From positions 1-64,000 of IMG/VR virus record IMGVR_UViG_3300032373_000002: 64,000 bases of DNA. The stretch is one strand, 5' to 3'. Shown here in pieces: positions 38,683-46,867 of the stretch (the stretch's first letter is position 1; each line of letters starts with the position of its first letter). The position numbers and the translations under genes are program-made. This DNA is from a virus. The notes beneath the pieces were generated by a model, which saw nothing but the letters and a program-made list of their open reading frames with translations, did not search any database and was not told the DNA's origin.

Positions 38683-39654
38683 TTAGGGCAGGCGACTCAG
38701 CTTCTCATCAAGGGTGGCACCCCCTACCAAGCCGTCTCTCATCCACTGAGGGATGTTCGACCAGCCCCAGTAGGCCCCGAGCACTGCTCCAGCCACTGCC
38801 CCGTTGGTGTCCACGTCCCCGCCCGCCATGAGGACTTCGTTTAGCACCTCAGAGAAGCCTCGGTGGGCGTTCCTCAGCGCATAGAAGCCTGCCCCCATGC
38901 ACTTCCACGTGTAGCCGATGGGCACCCGCTTCCGCTTGGGGTCGTCCATGCCCTCATCCAGCTTGAGGTCTTCCAGACTCATGCGAGCGTACCGGACGAG
39001 CTCTTCAGCGGCTTCTGGGGCAGCTGCGGTAGCCTGAGCGATCGCGTGATGGAATGCCGACTCCCGGGAGGAGCCGAGGAGGTCCCCCGCCGTGATGAGC
39101 CGCCGGACCGCCTCCGCGATCGCTACGGAGGAAGCCACACATCGAGGATCCCAATGGGTCACCTTGCAGGCTGTCGCGGCCGCACGGGCGGTCCACGCCT
39201 GATCCTGGGGTCGGAGCACTGCCACTCCCGCCGTCCGCATGACGCCGCCGTTGGGGGCAATCTTCCGACCGCTGCGCTCCCAGACCTCCTTGCTCACCGC
39301 GAAGGGCTCCACCAGGAAGTAGGTGCTTTTGAGCACGTTCCAGGTGTGGTTGCCCATGCCCCTCCCGTCTTCCTGAGCCCACTTCAAGAAGTGGTGGGCG
39401 CAGCCTATGGGGTCTACGTCCCCATGTTCCAGGTAGGAGTCCATGATCGAGAGCGCCTGGGCAGTGTCGTCGGACCATTCGCCAGCCCCCCACTGTGAGG
39501 CCCCTCGGTTGGCATCTCGGTAGGAGGTGATGCCCTCCTCCCCATACATCATGAGCAGCAGCGTCCGGTCCTTGAACTCCGCCGGGACCCCGAGGGCGTC
39601 ACCGATGGCCTGCCCCCAAAGTGCGCCCCGCCGCTTGTCCTGATCGATGGGCAT
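38683..39654 (-). CDS. ADP-ribosylglycohydrolase (DraG/ARH family)
   Basis: GALWGQAIGDALG.P.EF...WSDDT...NGGVMR...THWDP...GGDVDTNGAVAGAVLGA. Confidence 0.92.
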   Translation of the reverse strand: MPIDQDKRRGALWGQAIGDALGVPAEFKDRTLLLMMYGEEGITSYRDANRGASQWGAGEWSDDTAQALSIMDSYLEHGDVDPIGCAHHFLKWAQEDGRGMGNHTWNVLKSTYFLVEPFAVSKEVWERSGRKIAPNGGVMRTAGVAVLRPQDQAWTARAAATACKVTHWDPRCVASSVAIAEAVRRLITAGDLLGSSRESAFHHAIAQATAAAPEAAEELVRYARMSLEDLKLDEGMDDPKRKRVPIGYTWKCMGAGFYALRNAHRGFSEVLNEVLMAGGDVDTNGAVAGAVLGAYWGWSNIPQWMRDGLVGGATLDEKLSRLP

Positions 39655-39761
39655 TCCTCACCTCCTGGGAGCACCCTACCCGCATGCTCGAGATAGGGTC
39701 CTAAAGACCCTATCTAAAGAGGCTGGCAGCAGCGTAATAGCTTGCAAAAGGAGCAGACTAC

Positions 39762-40052
39762 ATGAAGACCTCCATCGAGGGACGGTTCAAGTTTGAGCCG
39801 GAGGAAATCAAGACGTACTCGGAGAGCATCCCCACAACCAGCGACACTTTCCGCTGGGCGGTCCGGCTCAACGGCGGACCCTTGACCGGAGAAGAGCTGA
39901 ACACCTTCGCGGAACACTTGGTGGCCGTGCGGGAGTCCCTCGTGGGGCTGGAGGGCATCACGAACTACCGAGCCTGGGGTGCCGCCTCCGACCTGCTCAA
40001 CCAGATCAAGAAGGGGCAGGCCACGCTCCGCGAAGCAAAGAGGGGGCTGTAG
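39762..40052 (+). CDS. hypothetical protein
   Basis: AAGGAG RBS. Confidence 0.65.
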   Translation: MKTSIEGRFKFEPEEIKTYSESIPTTSDTFRWAVRLNGGPLTGEELNTFAEHLVAVRESLVGLEGITNYRAWGAASDLLNQIKKGQATLREAKRGL

Positions 40053-40055
40053 GCC

Positions 40056-40469
40056 ATGGACATCAAATGGCATGCATCCTTCTGCTTCGAAGGGGGGGAA
40101 GTCGAAGCAGTCAAGGACGGCCTCAACTCTACACTGACCCTGGGCAACCTCGGCATCGATGGCCCCAAGTGGGTCCGAAAGCTGGAAGCCTGTGTTCCGA
40201 GGGGGGAGAACGGCGGGAGCAACTTCCTCCGGTACGGGGAGATGGAGGAGCTGCTGGAGGACCTGGGGAAGATCCAGACTGCCCTGAGCGAAGAGGTCTC
40301 CAGAATTCAGGACGTCATGGATTGCAAGTACAGTCTGGGGGGCCTGGCGACTGACCCTCAAGAAGCGATGCGGGTGGTCTTGCGTCGACGCTCTGAGCAG
40401 TGGAACTCGTGCCAGCGAGGAGTGGAGGTCTTCTCCAGGGCACTGAGAGAGGCATCCTCCAGACGTTAA
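40056..40469 (+). CDS. hypothetical protein
   Basis: Adjacent co-oriented ORF. Confidence 0.6.
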   Translation: MDIKWHASFCFEGGEVEAVKDGLNSTLTLGNLGIDGPKWVRKLEACVPRGENGGSNFLRYGEMEELLEDLGKIQTALSEEVSRIQDVMDCKYSLGGLATDPQEAMRVVLRRRSEQWNSCQRGVEVFSRALREASSRR

Positions 40470-40511
40470 AGCACTTATGGGCTCCAGAGGGTAACTCTGG
40501 AGGATCCTGAG

Positions 40512-40886
40512 ATGCGCCCCTCTGCACTCCGTGTTGCCGCTGCCCATCAGGACAAGCAGGCCAAGAAGTGGAAGAACCTGCCCAAGGGGTGGACCGACGA
40601 GTCCGTCCGGAAGTTCTGGGACAAGCTCACCGTCGCCGCCCCTGAGCACAAGGTCACTGAGTGCATCGACAAGATGACCGGGAAGTTCAGCAACCCCGGT
40701 GCCTTCTGCGGTGGGCTGGCGGACTGGATGATCCCCGGCTGGCGCCAAGAAGTCGCCAAGAAGAAGCGGGAAGAGAAGGCCAAGGACAAGAAGGCTGGCG
40801 GCTGCAACTGTGGATGCGGGAAGTGTGGCCCGAGCCCCGACAACTTCCTCAGCCTGGAGCGGTTCGCTGGGATGCTTTCGGGGTGA
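40512..40886 (+). CDS. small basic protein, possible internal head protein
   Basis: GGAGG RBS; Lys/Cys-rich. Confidence 0.6.
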   Translation: MRPSALRVAAAHQDKQAKKWKNLPKGWTDESVRKFWDKLTVAAPEHKVTECIDKMTGKFSNPGAFCGGLADWMIPGWRQEVAKKKREEKAKDKKAGGCNCGCGKCGPSPDNFLSLERFAGMLSG

Positions 40887-41344
40887 GAAAGCTCGACCTA
40901 AAGCTCCCACAACCGCCCTTCAGCCTCGAACTCTTGATCTTCTATCCCAGCGAAGATGGCTGGGGAGAGCTTGAGCCCTTGCGGGAGACGGAGTGGGCAA
41001 GGGGCGTCACCGAAGTCAGCGGGACTTCTCTCAGCCATGCCCTCCACGGCATGGCTGGTCCTCTCTTGAAGGAGCTGCCGCTGGACCCGCGCCTTCGACC
41101 CAAGAAGGTCTCTGCGGAACAGGGGGAGTGCGGGGAGGCAGAGCACTGCACAGCATTCAAGAAAGGGTTCTGCCGTCCCGGAGGGCGACTCAAGAAGGAG
41201 TGGGGGCCTCCCTCCTGCTACGAGCCCCCTTTGGACCCGGCAACACCACGCAAGGTGAAGCATCTGTTCCAGCAGATAGCCCTCGCCTGGGGCGAGGGCC
41301 GTCATGTGGTCTTGGTTCGAGGGGAAGAATTCAGTCTTCGCTGA
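40883..41344 (+). CDS. Cys-containing hypothetical protein
   Basis: GTGA overlap with previous gene. Confidence 0.55.
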   Translation: MRKLDLKLPQPPFSLELLIFYPSEDGWGELEPLRETEWARGVTEVSGTSLSHALHGMAGPLLKELPLDPRLRPKKVSAEQGECGEAEHCTAFKKGFCRPGGRLKKEWGPPSCYEPPLDPATPRKVKHLFQQIALAWGEGRHVVLVRGEEFSLR

Positions 41345-42548
41345 CCATCTCCACCAGCTCTTCCATCTCGGCGTTGGCCTGAAGGACTCCCTCCGCGCGC
41401 TCCACGATCTTTTCGGCCTGGAGCACCTTTGAGGACTTGAACCGGGCCTTCCAGGCCAGCCTCTTCTGGACCTCGTCCTCGAAGGGGCCGCACTTGCGCA
41501 TGCCGTACCGGGAATAGCAGACGATGCTCAGGCGCTCGAAGCCCGCATCCTTGCTCAGCGGGTCGCCCCACTCCTCACCATCGGGGGGGTCGTTGATGGG
41601 TCGCATCTCGGTGTTGCCGTGCCACTCGTGGACGTTCATCGCCAGGAAGTCGCCGGTGCGCACGTCCACTGCCACCCGGAACTTCGGGAAGCCGGTGTAG
41701 CCTCCCTCGTAGGGGTCGCCCTCGAGAACGCTCAGGTTGCCGTAGCCTCGGGGGTAATCCCCCGCATCTTTGTGGACGGCGGTGCGGTAGTTGCGGTTCA
41801 CGGTCACGGTGGTGAACACGGTGCTTCCCAGACCCCACCCATTCTCGCGGATGCCGCTCTCGCTCATCCACTGGTCCTGGCGACCCCAGTGGATCGGAGC
41901 CTGACGCCGGAAGCAGTTGCTGACGGCCTCCAGGAAGGGGAGGGCCGCTTCCATCTTCTCCATGTTGTTGCGGGAGTACCCGGTCTGACGGCAGAACGGG
42001 AAGCGAGCGCTGGCGTCGAAGTTGCCGGCGATGCCGCTGAGCACCTTGTTGGCAGCCGTCGTAGCGCTCAAGGTGCCGTCCGGGAGTCGGTAGCGGGCAC
42101 GAACACCGTTCCCGATGAGGACAATCTCACCGTCGCGGGCGATGCTGCGGAGCTTGGAGCGGTCCACCTTGCCGGCGGCGATGCCCCGGTTGTCGGTCAG
42201 GGTCGCCGCACCACGCAGGGCCTCGCGCGCCTCTTCCGTCAGGTCCTTGCTGACGACCTCTTTGCGGAAGCTCAGCAGCAGCCGCTCCTCATCCTCCAGG
42301 TCCTCCGAAAAGATACTGAGAGCATCCTCAGAGCGCGGCGCGTAGACGTCGCAGTCTTCCTTGACGATGATGGCGTAGTGGCCTTCGCCGACGAACTCGC
42401 CCTTGAAGGCGTCGGTCTGGTAGCTGGTGAGGACGCCCTTGCCCGTGAGTTCGAGCTTACGAACGCCGTCCTCCCGCCATTCCCAGGCCTCCAGACCGTC
42501 GAAGTCTTTGAGGGTGGCGTCTGGGTGCGGCCGGTTGGTTTGAGACAT
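41331..42548 (-). CDS. TET/JBP-family 2-oxoglutarate/Fe(II) dioxygenase
   Basis: FTTVTVNRNYRTAVHKDAGD (HxD)...GGYTGFP...DV..GDFL.MNVHEWHGNT (H)...RLSIVCY.R; SGIAG.FD...P.CRQT.Y. Confidence 0.85.
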   Translation of the reverse strand: MSQTNRPHPDATLKDFDGLEAWEWREDGVRKLELTGKGVLTSYQTDAFKGEFVGEGHYAIIVKEDCDVYAPRSEDALSIFSEDLEDEERLLLSFRKEVVSKDLTEEAREALRGAATLTDNRGIAAGKVDRSKLRSIARDGEIVLIGNGVRARYRLPDGTLSATTAANKVLSGIAGNFDASARFPFCRQTGYSRNNMEKMEAALPFLEAVSNCFRRQAPIHWGRQDQWMSESGIRENGWGLGSTVFTTVTVNRNYRTAVHKDAGDYPRGYGNLSVLEGDPYEGGYTGFPKFRVAVDVRTGDFLAMNVHEWHGNTEMRPINDPPDGEEWGDPLSKDAGFERLSIVCYSRYGMRKCGPFEDEVQKRLAWKARFKSSKVLQAEKIVERAEGVLQANAEMEELVEMVSED

Positions 42549-42702
42549 GTTTCCGATTCCCCCTTGCACTTAAAAGTATCCGATCGAATAGCCATTGTCG
42601 AATTTTTGGACCTCTTATTACCTGCCCGAGAGGTGAGGGGAGGCCCTGACCTGGGTGGAGACTGGGGTAGGGTGAAGGCAGCCTTCTTAGCCTGAGAGTC
42701 TA

Positions 42703-43563
42703 ATGCCCAAACGTGACATGTGGGAAGAGTGCTATTCAGGGGCTTACACCGAAGCCTTTTCCCCTGAGACCTTCCGCGACAAGTTCTGCGCCGAATGCAA
42801 CCAAGTAGAGTGCATCAACGCCGGGTTCAGTCGCAAGTCCCGGTGGGCACGGCGGATGGACACTCAGGTTGACCGGCTCTTGGACAACCCCAAGTTCGCC
42901 GACCTGGAGGACCCCGTGTTCCGAGAGATCCGGAAGGTCGACTTCCCCTCCGCAGTGCGAGAAGCCTTGCGGATCCACGTGTCAGAGAAGCGCGGGGACT
43001 GGTCGGTCCCTTCGGAGGGCGAGGTCAGCAGCGCTGCTGCCAGCTTGGTGGGACTGGCCCCCCCGACAGCGTTCCAGCCCCCCAGTCCTCCCACCCCAGA
43101 GCCGCCAGCCCCGGAGACGGCCACGCACGCCCAAGACTCCGAAAAGCCGGAGGGCAAGTGGCGCATCAAGGGGTCCTCTGGCAACATCTACACGATCACC
43201 CGGTGGCCTGAAGACCGCTGGGAGTGTACCTGCCCCAGCCGGGAGGACCCCTGCAAGCACGCACGGCTGGTTCAAGGTAAGCTGAACCGGGTCAAGCCTG
43301 CGGGGGGGCCTACGGTGTTGGGGGGAACCGACATTGGGTCGACTCCTCCGCAGAGCCCGCCCCCCTTGCCCGTTGGGGTCGAAGCACCCCCGCCAATACA
43401 GCCCAAGGCGAAGAACACGCGCCTCCCCCGCGAAGGGTTAATGGTCGGAGGAGGCAGTGCCCCCCGCCCAGACCCCGCCCCTGATCCTTGGGCACCGCCT
43501 CCGAAGCCTGCGGGGAGAGTAATCCCAGTCGGCGGAAGGGTGACCTTCCGCAAAAAGAAGTAA
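42703..43563 (+). CDS. SWIM zinc-finger protein
   Basis: GSSGNIYTI...WECTCPS...PCKH; N-terminal CxxC..C. Confidence 0.7.
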   Translation: MPKRDMWEECYSGAYTEAFSPETFRDKFCAECNQVECINAGFSRKSRWARRMDTQVDRLLDNPKFADLEDPVFREIRKVDFPSAVREALRIHVSEKRGDWSVPSEGEVSSAAASLVGLAPPTAFQPPSPPTPEPPAPETATHAQDSEKPEGKWRIKGSSGNIYTITRWPEDRWECTCPSREDPCKHARLVQGKLNRVKPAGGPTVLGGTDIGSTPPQSPPPLPVGVEAPPPIQPKAKNTRLPREGLMVGGGSAPRPDPAPDPWAPPPKPAGRVIPVGGRVTFRKKK

Positions 43564-43574
43564 AGGAGCGGATC

Positions 43575-43883
43575 GTGCCCAGGCCAAACATAACAGCGAG
43601 GGTGCCTTGGTCGAGGTCCCAGGGCTGGTCAACCGAAGGCCCCGAGGGGCCTATCGAGTTTGAGCTACACGGGCATCGGTTTCGGGTTTCCCCCACGGAG
43701 TTCGTGGAAGAGGACTTGGGGAAGACCCGCATGAGAGTGGAGTGTCTCACCTGCGGTGAGACGGTACATGAAGCCACCATCGGCCCACGGTTCAAGATCC
43801 AGAAGCACCTCGACGCGAAGGTCGAGGGCCGGACGGCGGTGGGCTTCCGCAAAAAGAAGGTGAAGTATGCCACGTCCCGATGA
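43575..43883 (+). CDS. small Zn-ribbon protein
   Basis: AAGGAG RBS with GTG; VECLTCG...H. Confidence 0.55.
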   Translation: MPRPNITARVPWSRSQGWSTEGPEGPIEFELHGHRFRVSPTEFVEEDLGKTRMRVECLTCGETVHEATIGPRFKIQKHLDAKVEGRTAVGFRKKKVKYATSR

Positions 43884-44310
43884 CGTTGGAATCGGAGTCG
43901 GAATCCTGTTCATCCGGAACGACGAGATCCTGCTCCTGAAGCGCCAGGGGGCGCACTACGAAGGCTACTGGGCGATGCCGGGGGGCTGGATCGACCGGGA
44001 AGACAACGACGGGGCCACGACCTGCAAGAAGGAAGCCATGGAGGAGCTGGGACTGAACCTCCACACGGTGGTCCAGCGGGGCACCCTCTTCCGCCAGAAC
44101 GATGACCTCGGGATCCTCAACCCCACCCTGTACTACAGAGCGCTACGCTGGAGCGGCATCCCCGAGATCCGGGAGCCCGAGAAGTGCAGCGAGATCCGCT
44201 GGGTCCCCATCAGTGAGGTCCTGGCGGGGGGTATGTTGACCTTCCCCGACCTCCAAGAGGCCATCCTCAAGGAAATCCACGGGGGCTGGCACGAGCACCA
44301 GGAGGTCTGA
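43867..44310 (+). CDS. Nudix hydrolase (MutT-like)
   Basis: GYWAMPGG.ID.....KEAMEELGL Nudix box; EPEKC...W. Confidence 0.88.
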   Translation: MPRPDDVGIGVGILFIRNDEILLLKRQGAHYEGYWAMPGGWIDREDNDGATTCKKEAMEELGLNLHTVVQRGTLFRQNDDLGILNPTLYYRALRWSGIPEIREPEKCSEIRWVPISEVLAGGMLTFPDLQEAILKEIHGGWHEHQEV

Positions 44311-45302
44311 TGGACCCCAGCGACATTCTCAAGACCGCCGAGGACTTCACGCGGAACCACCCGGAAGCACGGGCGCTCTTGGAAGAGGTCAAGGCCGGAC
44401 GCCTGAGCGAGCACGAATTCGCCGTGAAGGTTGCAGGCCTGTTACTGGAGCATCAAGAGCTCCCCACGAAGTTCAACACTTCCCTCCCCCCAGAGTACCG
44501 CCAACTGCTGGGGGGCCGACCTCTCACCCGACAGGTCAAGCCGGGGATGTGGCAACTGGACCCGTTGTACGAGGCAGCGGTGTTGGAACGGGCCAGCCTT
44601 GACGGGGACGCGCCCGAGCTTCGGTCGGGTCCGCTGCCCGAGGCTGGCAAGCCCGCAGTACCGATCGAAACCGACCTCCTCTCCCCGTTGTACGTCGGGT
44701 GGATGCTGGAGCGCGCTTCCGAAGAAGTCGTCGAGGAGCTGGAGGGAGCAACGGAGGCTTGGGAGACCCTGACCGATCGGGTCCTGGGGGCCATCGAAGA
44801 CCAGTACGAGGAGGGGGCGGAAAAGGTGGTAGCGCTGGCGCTGGCCGCGCAGCACTTTCCGGCACGGCCGGTTGGGGTCCCTGGCTACGAGCCAGGACAG
44901 CTACCTACGATGCGGTCCGTCCAGGCCCCTACCTGGCAAGACATCGAGCGACTGAGCCTTCGAGAACGCCAACGCCTCAGCGCCAAGGCTATCCGCACCA
45001 CGCAAGGGAGGTCGAGCCTCGCAGGCCCGATCGAGAACGAGATCGCTTCTCACCTCCGGCGCAAAGGCTATGAGGTGGACCACGCGGACCTCAAGCGGGA
45101 AGGGGACTTCGTCCGCTGGACCACAGTGCTGATCGAAGAGCGGGTTCAGATCAACTACGACGGTCCCCGCAACGCGGCGGCAGTCCTTGCCGCCAAGCTA
45201 CGCAAAGAGGTCGACCCAGGGCCTGTCCGGGTGAAAGTGTTCCCGTACAACGGGATCGCGGAGCGGGAGTTCGGTTGGGTACTGCGATGGGAGGAAGGGT
45301 GA
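44310..45302 (+). CDS. hypothetical protein
   Basis: TGATG coupling; 330 aa. Confidence 0.7.
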   Translation: MDPSDILKTAEDFTRNHPEARALLEEVKAGRLSEHEFAVKVAGLLLEHQELPTKFNTSLPPEYRQLLGGRPLTRQVKPGMWQLDPLYEAAVLERASLDGDAPELRSGPLPEAGKPAVPIETDLLSPLYVGWMLERASEEVVEELEGATEAWETLTDRVLGAIEDQYEEGAEKVVALALAAQHFPARPVGVPGYEPGQLPTMRSVQAPTWQDIERLSLRERQRLSAKAIRTTQGRSSLAGPIENEIASHLRRKGYEVDHADLKREGDFVRWTTVLIEERVQINYDGPRNAAAVLAAKLRKEVDPGPVRVKVFPYNGIAEREFGWVLRWEEG

Positions 45303-45589
45303 GCCTACTCAACCAAGTCCGCGTTATGCTGGATTCCGGGGCCAAAGATTGCATCGGGCTCTGCACACGGAACACCTACGGAGAAGCCTGGGACCATCTG
45401 GCACTGACCCTACCTCCGGAAGCCGTCTTCCAGGGGGAGCGGGTTCAGTGGGGGCCGCGCTCTATCACTGTCAAGAAGCTCGAAGACGAGCCGCTGAAGG
45501 TCGCAGGGGCAGAGCTGTTCTTGCTGGTCGGAGTAGAGACCCTGGACCCAGCGGAGGCAGTGGGCTATGGCCGGTGGACCCGAGCATAG
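45299..45589 (+). CDS. hypothetical protein
   Basis: GTGA coupling. Confidence 0.55.
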   Translation: MSLLNQVRVMLDSGAKDCIGLCTRNTYGEAWDHLALTLPPEAVFQGERVQWGPRSITVKKLEDEPLKVAGAELFLLVGVETLDPAEAVGYGRWTRA

Positions 45590-45950
45590 GCTGTACCAAT
45601 TGGTGGTGGGCGGAGGCCAACCGTTCGCTCTGGACTCCGAGACCCTGCCAGCGTTTTGCCATGACGGCAAGACAACGGCGGGGTCTCTCATGTTGACCTC
45701 GCCCCAAGCAACCTACCTTGAGCAGACCCTTCGGGGTCTGGGTTGCAGGGTTGAAATTCGCTGCGAAGATGGAAAAGCTCCTGAAGGCAACTACCTTTAC
45801 AAGGAATGCGAGGAGTGCCCGTGGGCGTATCCTGAACACGAGGTAAGCCCATGCGGTTGGAGGGTCTGGGAACAGGCGGTGAGGGAATCGCTGCTGCGGA
45901 CCAGCCCAGCCCACCGCCAAGCACTCAAAACCTGTCCGGGAGAAGAATGA
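45567..45950 (+). CDS. Cys-rich hypothetical protein
   Basis: CEECPW...PCG; overlapping neighbours. Confidence 0.55.
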   Translation: MAGGPEHRLYQLVVGGGQPFALDSETLPAFCHDGKTTAGSLMLTSPQATYLEQTLRGLGCRVEIRCEDGKAPEGNYLYKECEECPWAYPEHEVSPCGWRVWEQAVRESLLRTSPAHRQALKTCPGEE

Positions 45951-46213
45951 CCTACAAAGCTGATGTGACTGTGAAGATCGCCACCAAGAAGGGCAATGCC
46001 AAGGTCCACCTGTGCTTGGGGGGAGCGGACTTTCCCTGGCGCGCAGAAGGCAACCGCGTGGTGATCGGACCCGGCAAGACAGGACCCCGCTGGAACACCC
46101 ATCGCTTCTGGGTGGCGGATGCAGTCCTGAAGGGCGGTCGCGTGACCCGACTCACCCCCGCCGAGTACCAGGAGGCCCTGGACAAGGCGGAGGAAAAGTT
46201 CCAATCTCAGTAG
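45947..46213 (+). CDS. hypothetical protein
   Basis: ATGA coupling; GGAG RBS. Confidence 0.6.
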   Translation: MTYKADVTVKIATKKGNAKVHLCLGGADFPWRAEGNRVVIGPGKTGPRWNTHRFWVADAVLKGGRVTRLTPAEYQEALDKAEEKFQSQ

Positions 46214-46245
46214 CGTTCCCCACTCTATCATGCTATGGGGATGGC

Positions 46246-46323
46246 ATGACTCGCTTCTTGAGCCTCCCCCCGAAAAACTTCTGGCGCCGATACTGGCGTT
46301 CGGAAGGGGGTACTGGGTTCTGA
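46246..46323 (+). CDS. attenuator leader peptide MTRFLSLPPKNFWRRYWRSEGGTGF
   Basis: GGGGA RBS; aromatic/Arg codon cluster; overlaps the antiterminator 5' strand. Confidence 0.65.
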   Translation: MTRFLSLPPKNFWRRYWRSEGGTGF

Positions 46324-46395
46324 GAGGCCGCTGCAACCGCAGCACACTCTGACCCAAGAAGCCCCTTCCCCACCCGGAAGGGGCTTCTTCTGTTT
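46266..46395 (+). promoter_or_regulatory. transcription attenuator (alternative 1:2, 2:3 and 3:4 hairpins)
   Basis: GGAAGGGG 46302-09 pairs with CCCCTTCC 46362-69 and TGGGTT with GACCCA; mutually exclusive with the terminator. Confidence 0.7.
46356..46395 (+). terminator. intrinsic terminator of the attenuator
   Basis: AAGAAGCCCCTTCC/GGAAGGGGCTTCTT perfect stem, 6-nt loop, TTCTTCTGTTT tail. Confidence 0.8.
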
Positions 46396-46409
46396 GGAGG
46401 CCCAGAGAA

Positions 46410-46419
46410 CTTTGAAAAC
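46410..46419 (+). promoter_or_regulatory. boxA-like antitermination element
   Basis: CTTTGAAAAC, repeated exactly at 51811. Confidence 0.5.
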
Positions 46420-46431
46420 ACCATACCAATC

Positions 46432-46514
46432 GGGGGAGATGCTCTCTGGGAAGAGCATCAGCCTGTAAAGCTGAAGCCCTCCGGGGCCTGGAGGTTCGAA
46501 TCCTCTCTCCCCCA
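46432..46514 (+). tRNA. tRNA-Tyr(GTA)
   Basis: GGGGGAG/CTCCCCC acceptor; TCAGC-CTGTAAA-GCTGA; long variable arm; T arm. Confidence 0.9.
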
Positions 46515-46519
46515 TTTCT

Positions 46520-46594
46520 GCGTCGTAGGGAAGGTTCCCCGGTCGGTCTCCAAAACCGATGTCTGTCAGCAGAGTTCGATACTCTCGCGGCGTG
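46520..46594 (+). tRNA. tRNA-Trp(CCA), atypical D arm
   Basis: TCGGT-CTCCAAA-ACCGA; GTTCGATA T loop; GU-rich acceptor. Confidence 0.75.
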
Positions 46595-46598
46595 CTTT

Positions 46599-46704
46599 GG
46601 GTGTAGACGTAGATCCTGCGGAGCCTGGGAGGTCGCAGGGGTAAGGAGTCGCTTAGGGGAGCCCAGTCCCCCACGAGGTTCGGGTTCGACCCCCGATACA
46701 CCCA
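46599..46704 (+). ncRNA. tRNA-like RNA A (enlarged D region, non-canonical anticodon hairpin)
   Basis: GGGTGTA/TACACCC-A acceptor; TCGGG-TTCGACC-CCCGA T arm. Confidence 0.7.
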
Positions 46705-46707
46705 CTC

Positions 46708-46818
46708 GGGACCGTCAGTCAATCGGTAGGCGCATCAGCGGAGCGCCCTACTCCAGACAAGGGGAGTAGGGAACGGGCAGGACGCAGGTGAATGGAGGTT
46801 CAAGTCCTCCCGGTCCCA
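46708..46818 (+). ncRNA. tRNA-like RNA B (anticodon arm replaced by long stem)
   Basis: GGGACCG/CGGTCCC-A; D loop with GGTA; GGAGG-TTCAAGT-CCTCC; CCCTACTCC/GGAGTAGGG distal stem. Confidence 0.75.
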
Positions 46819-46867
46819 CTCGGCAACCTATGAACCATAAAAGCTAAACGCACTGGCGGAGCTTCAT

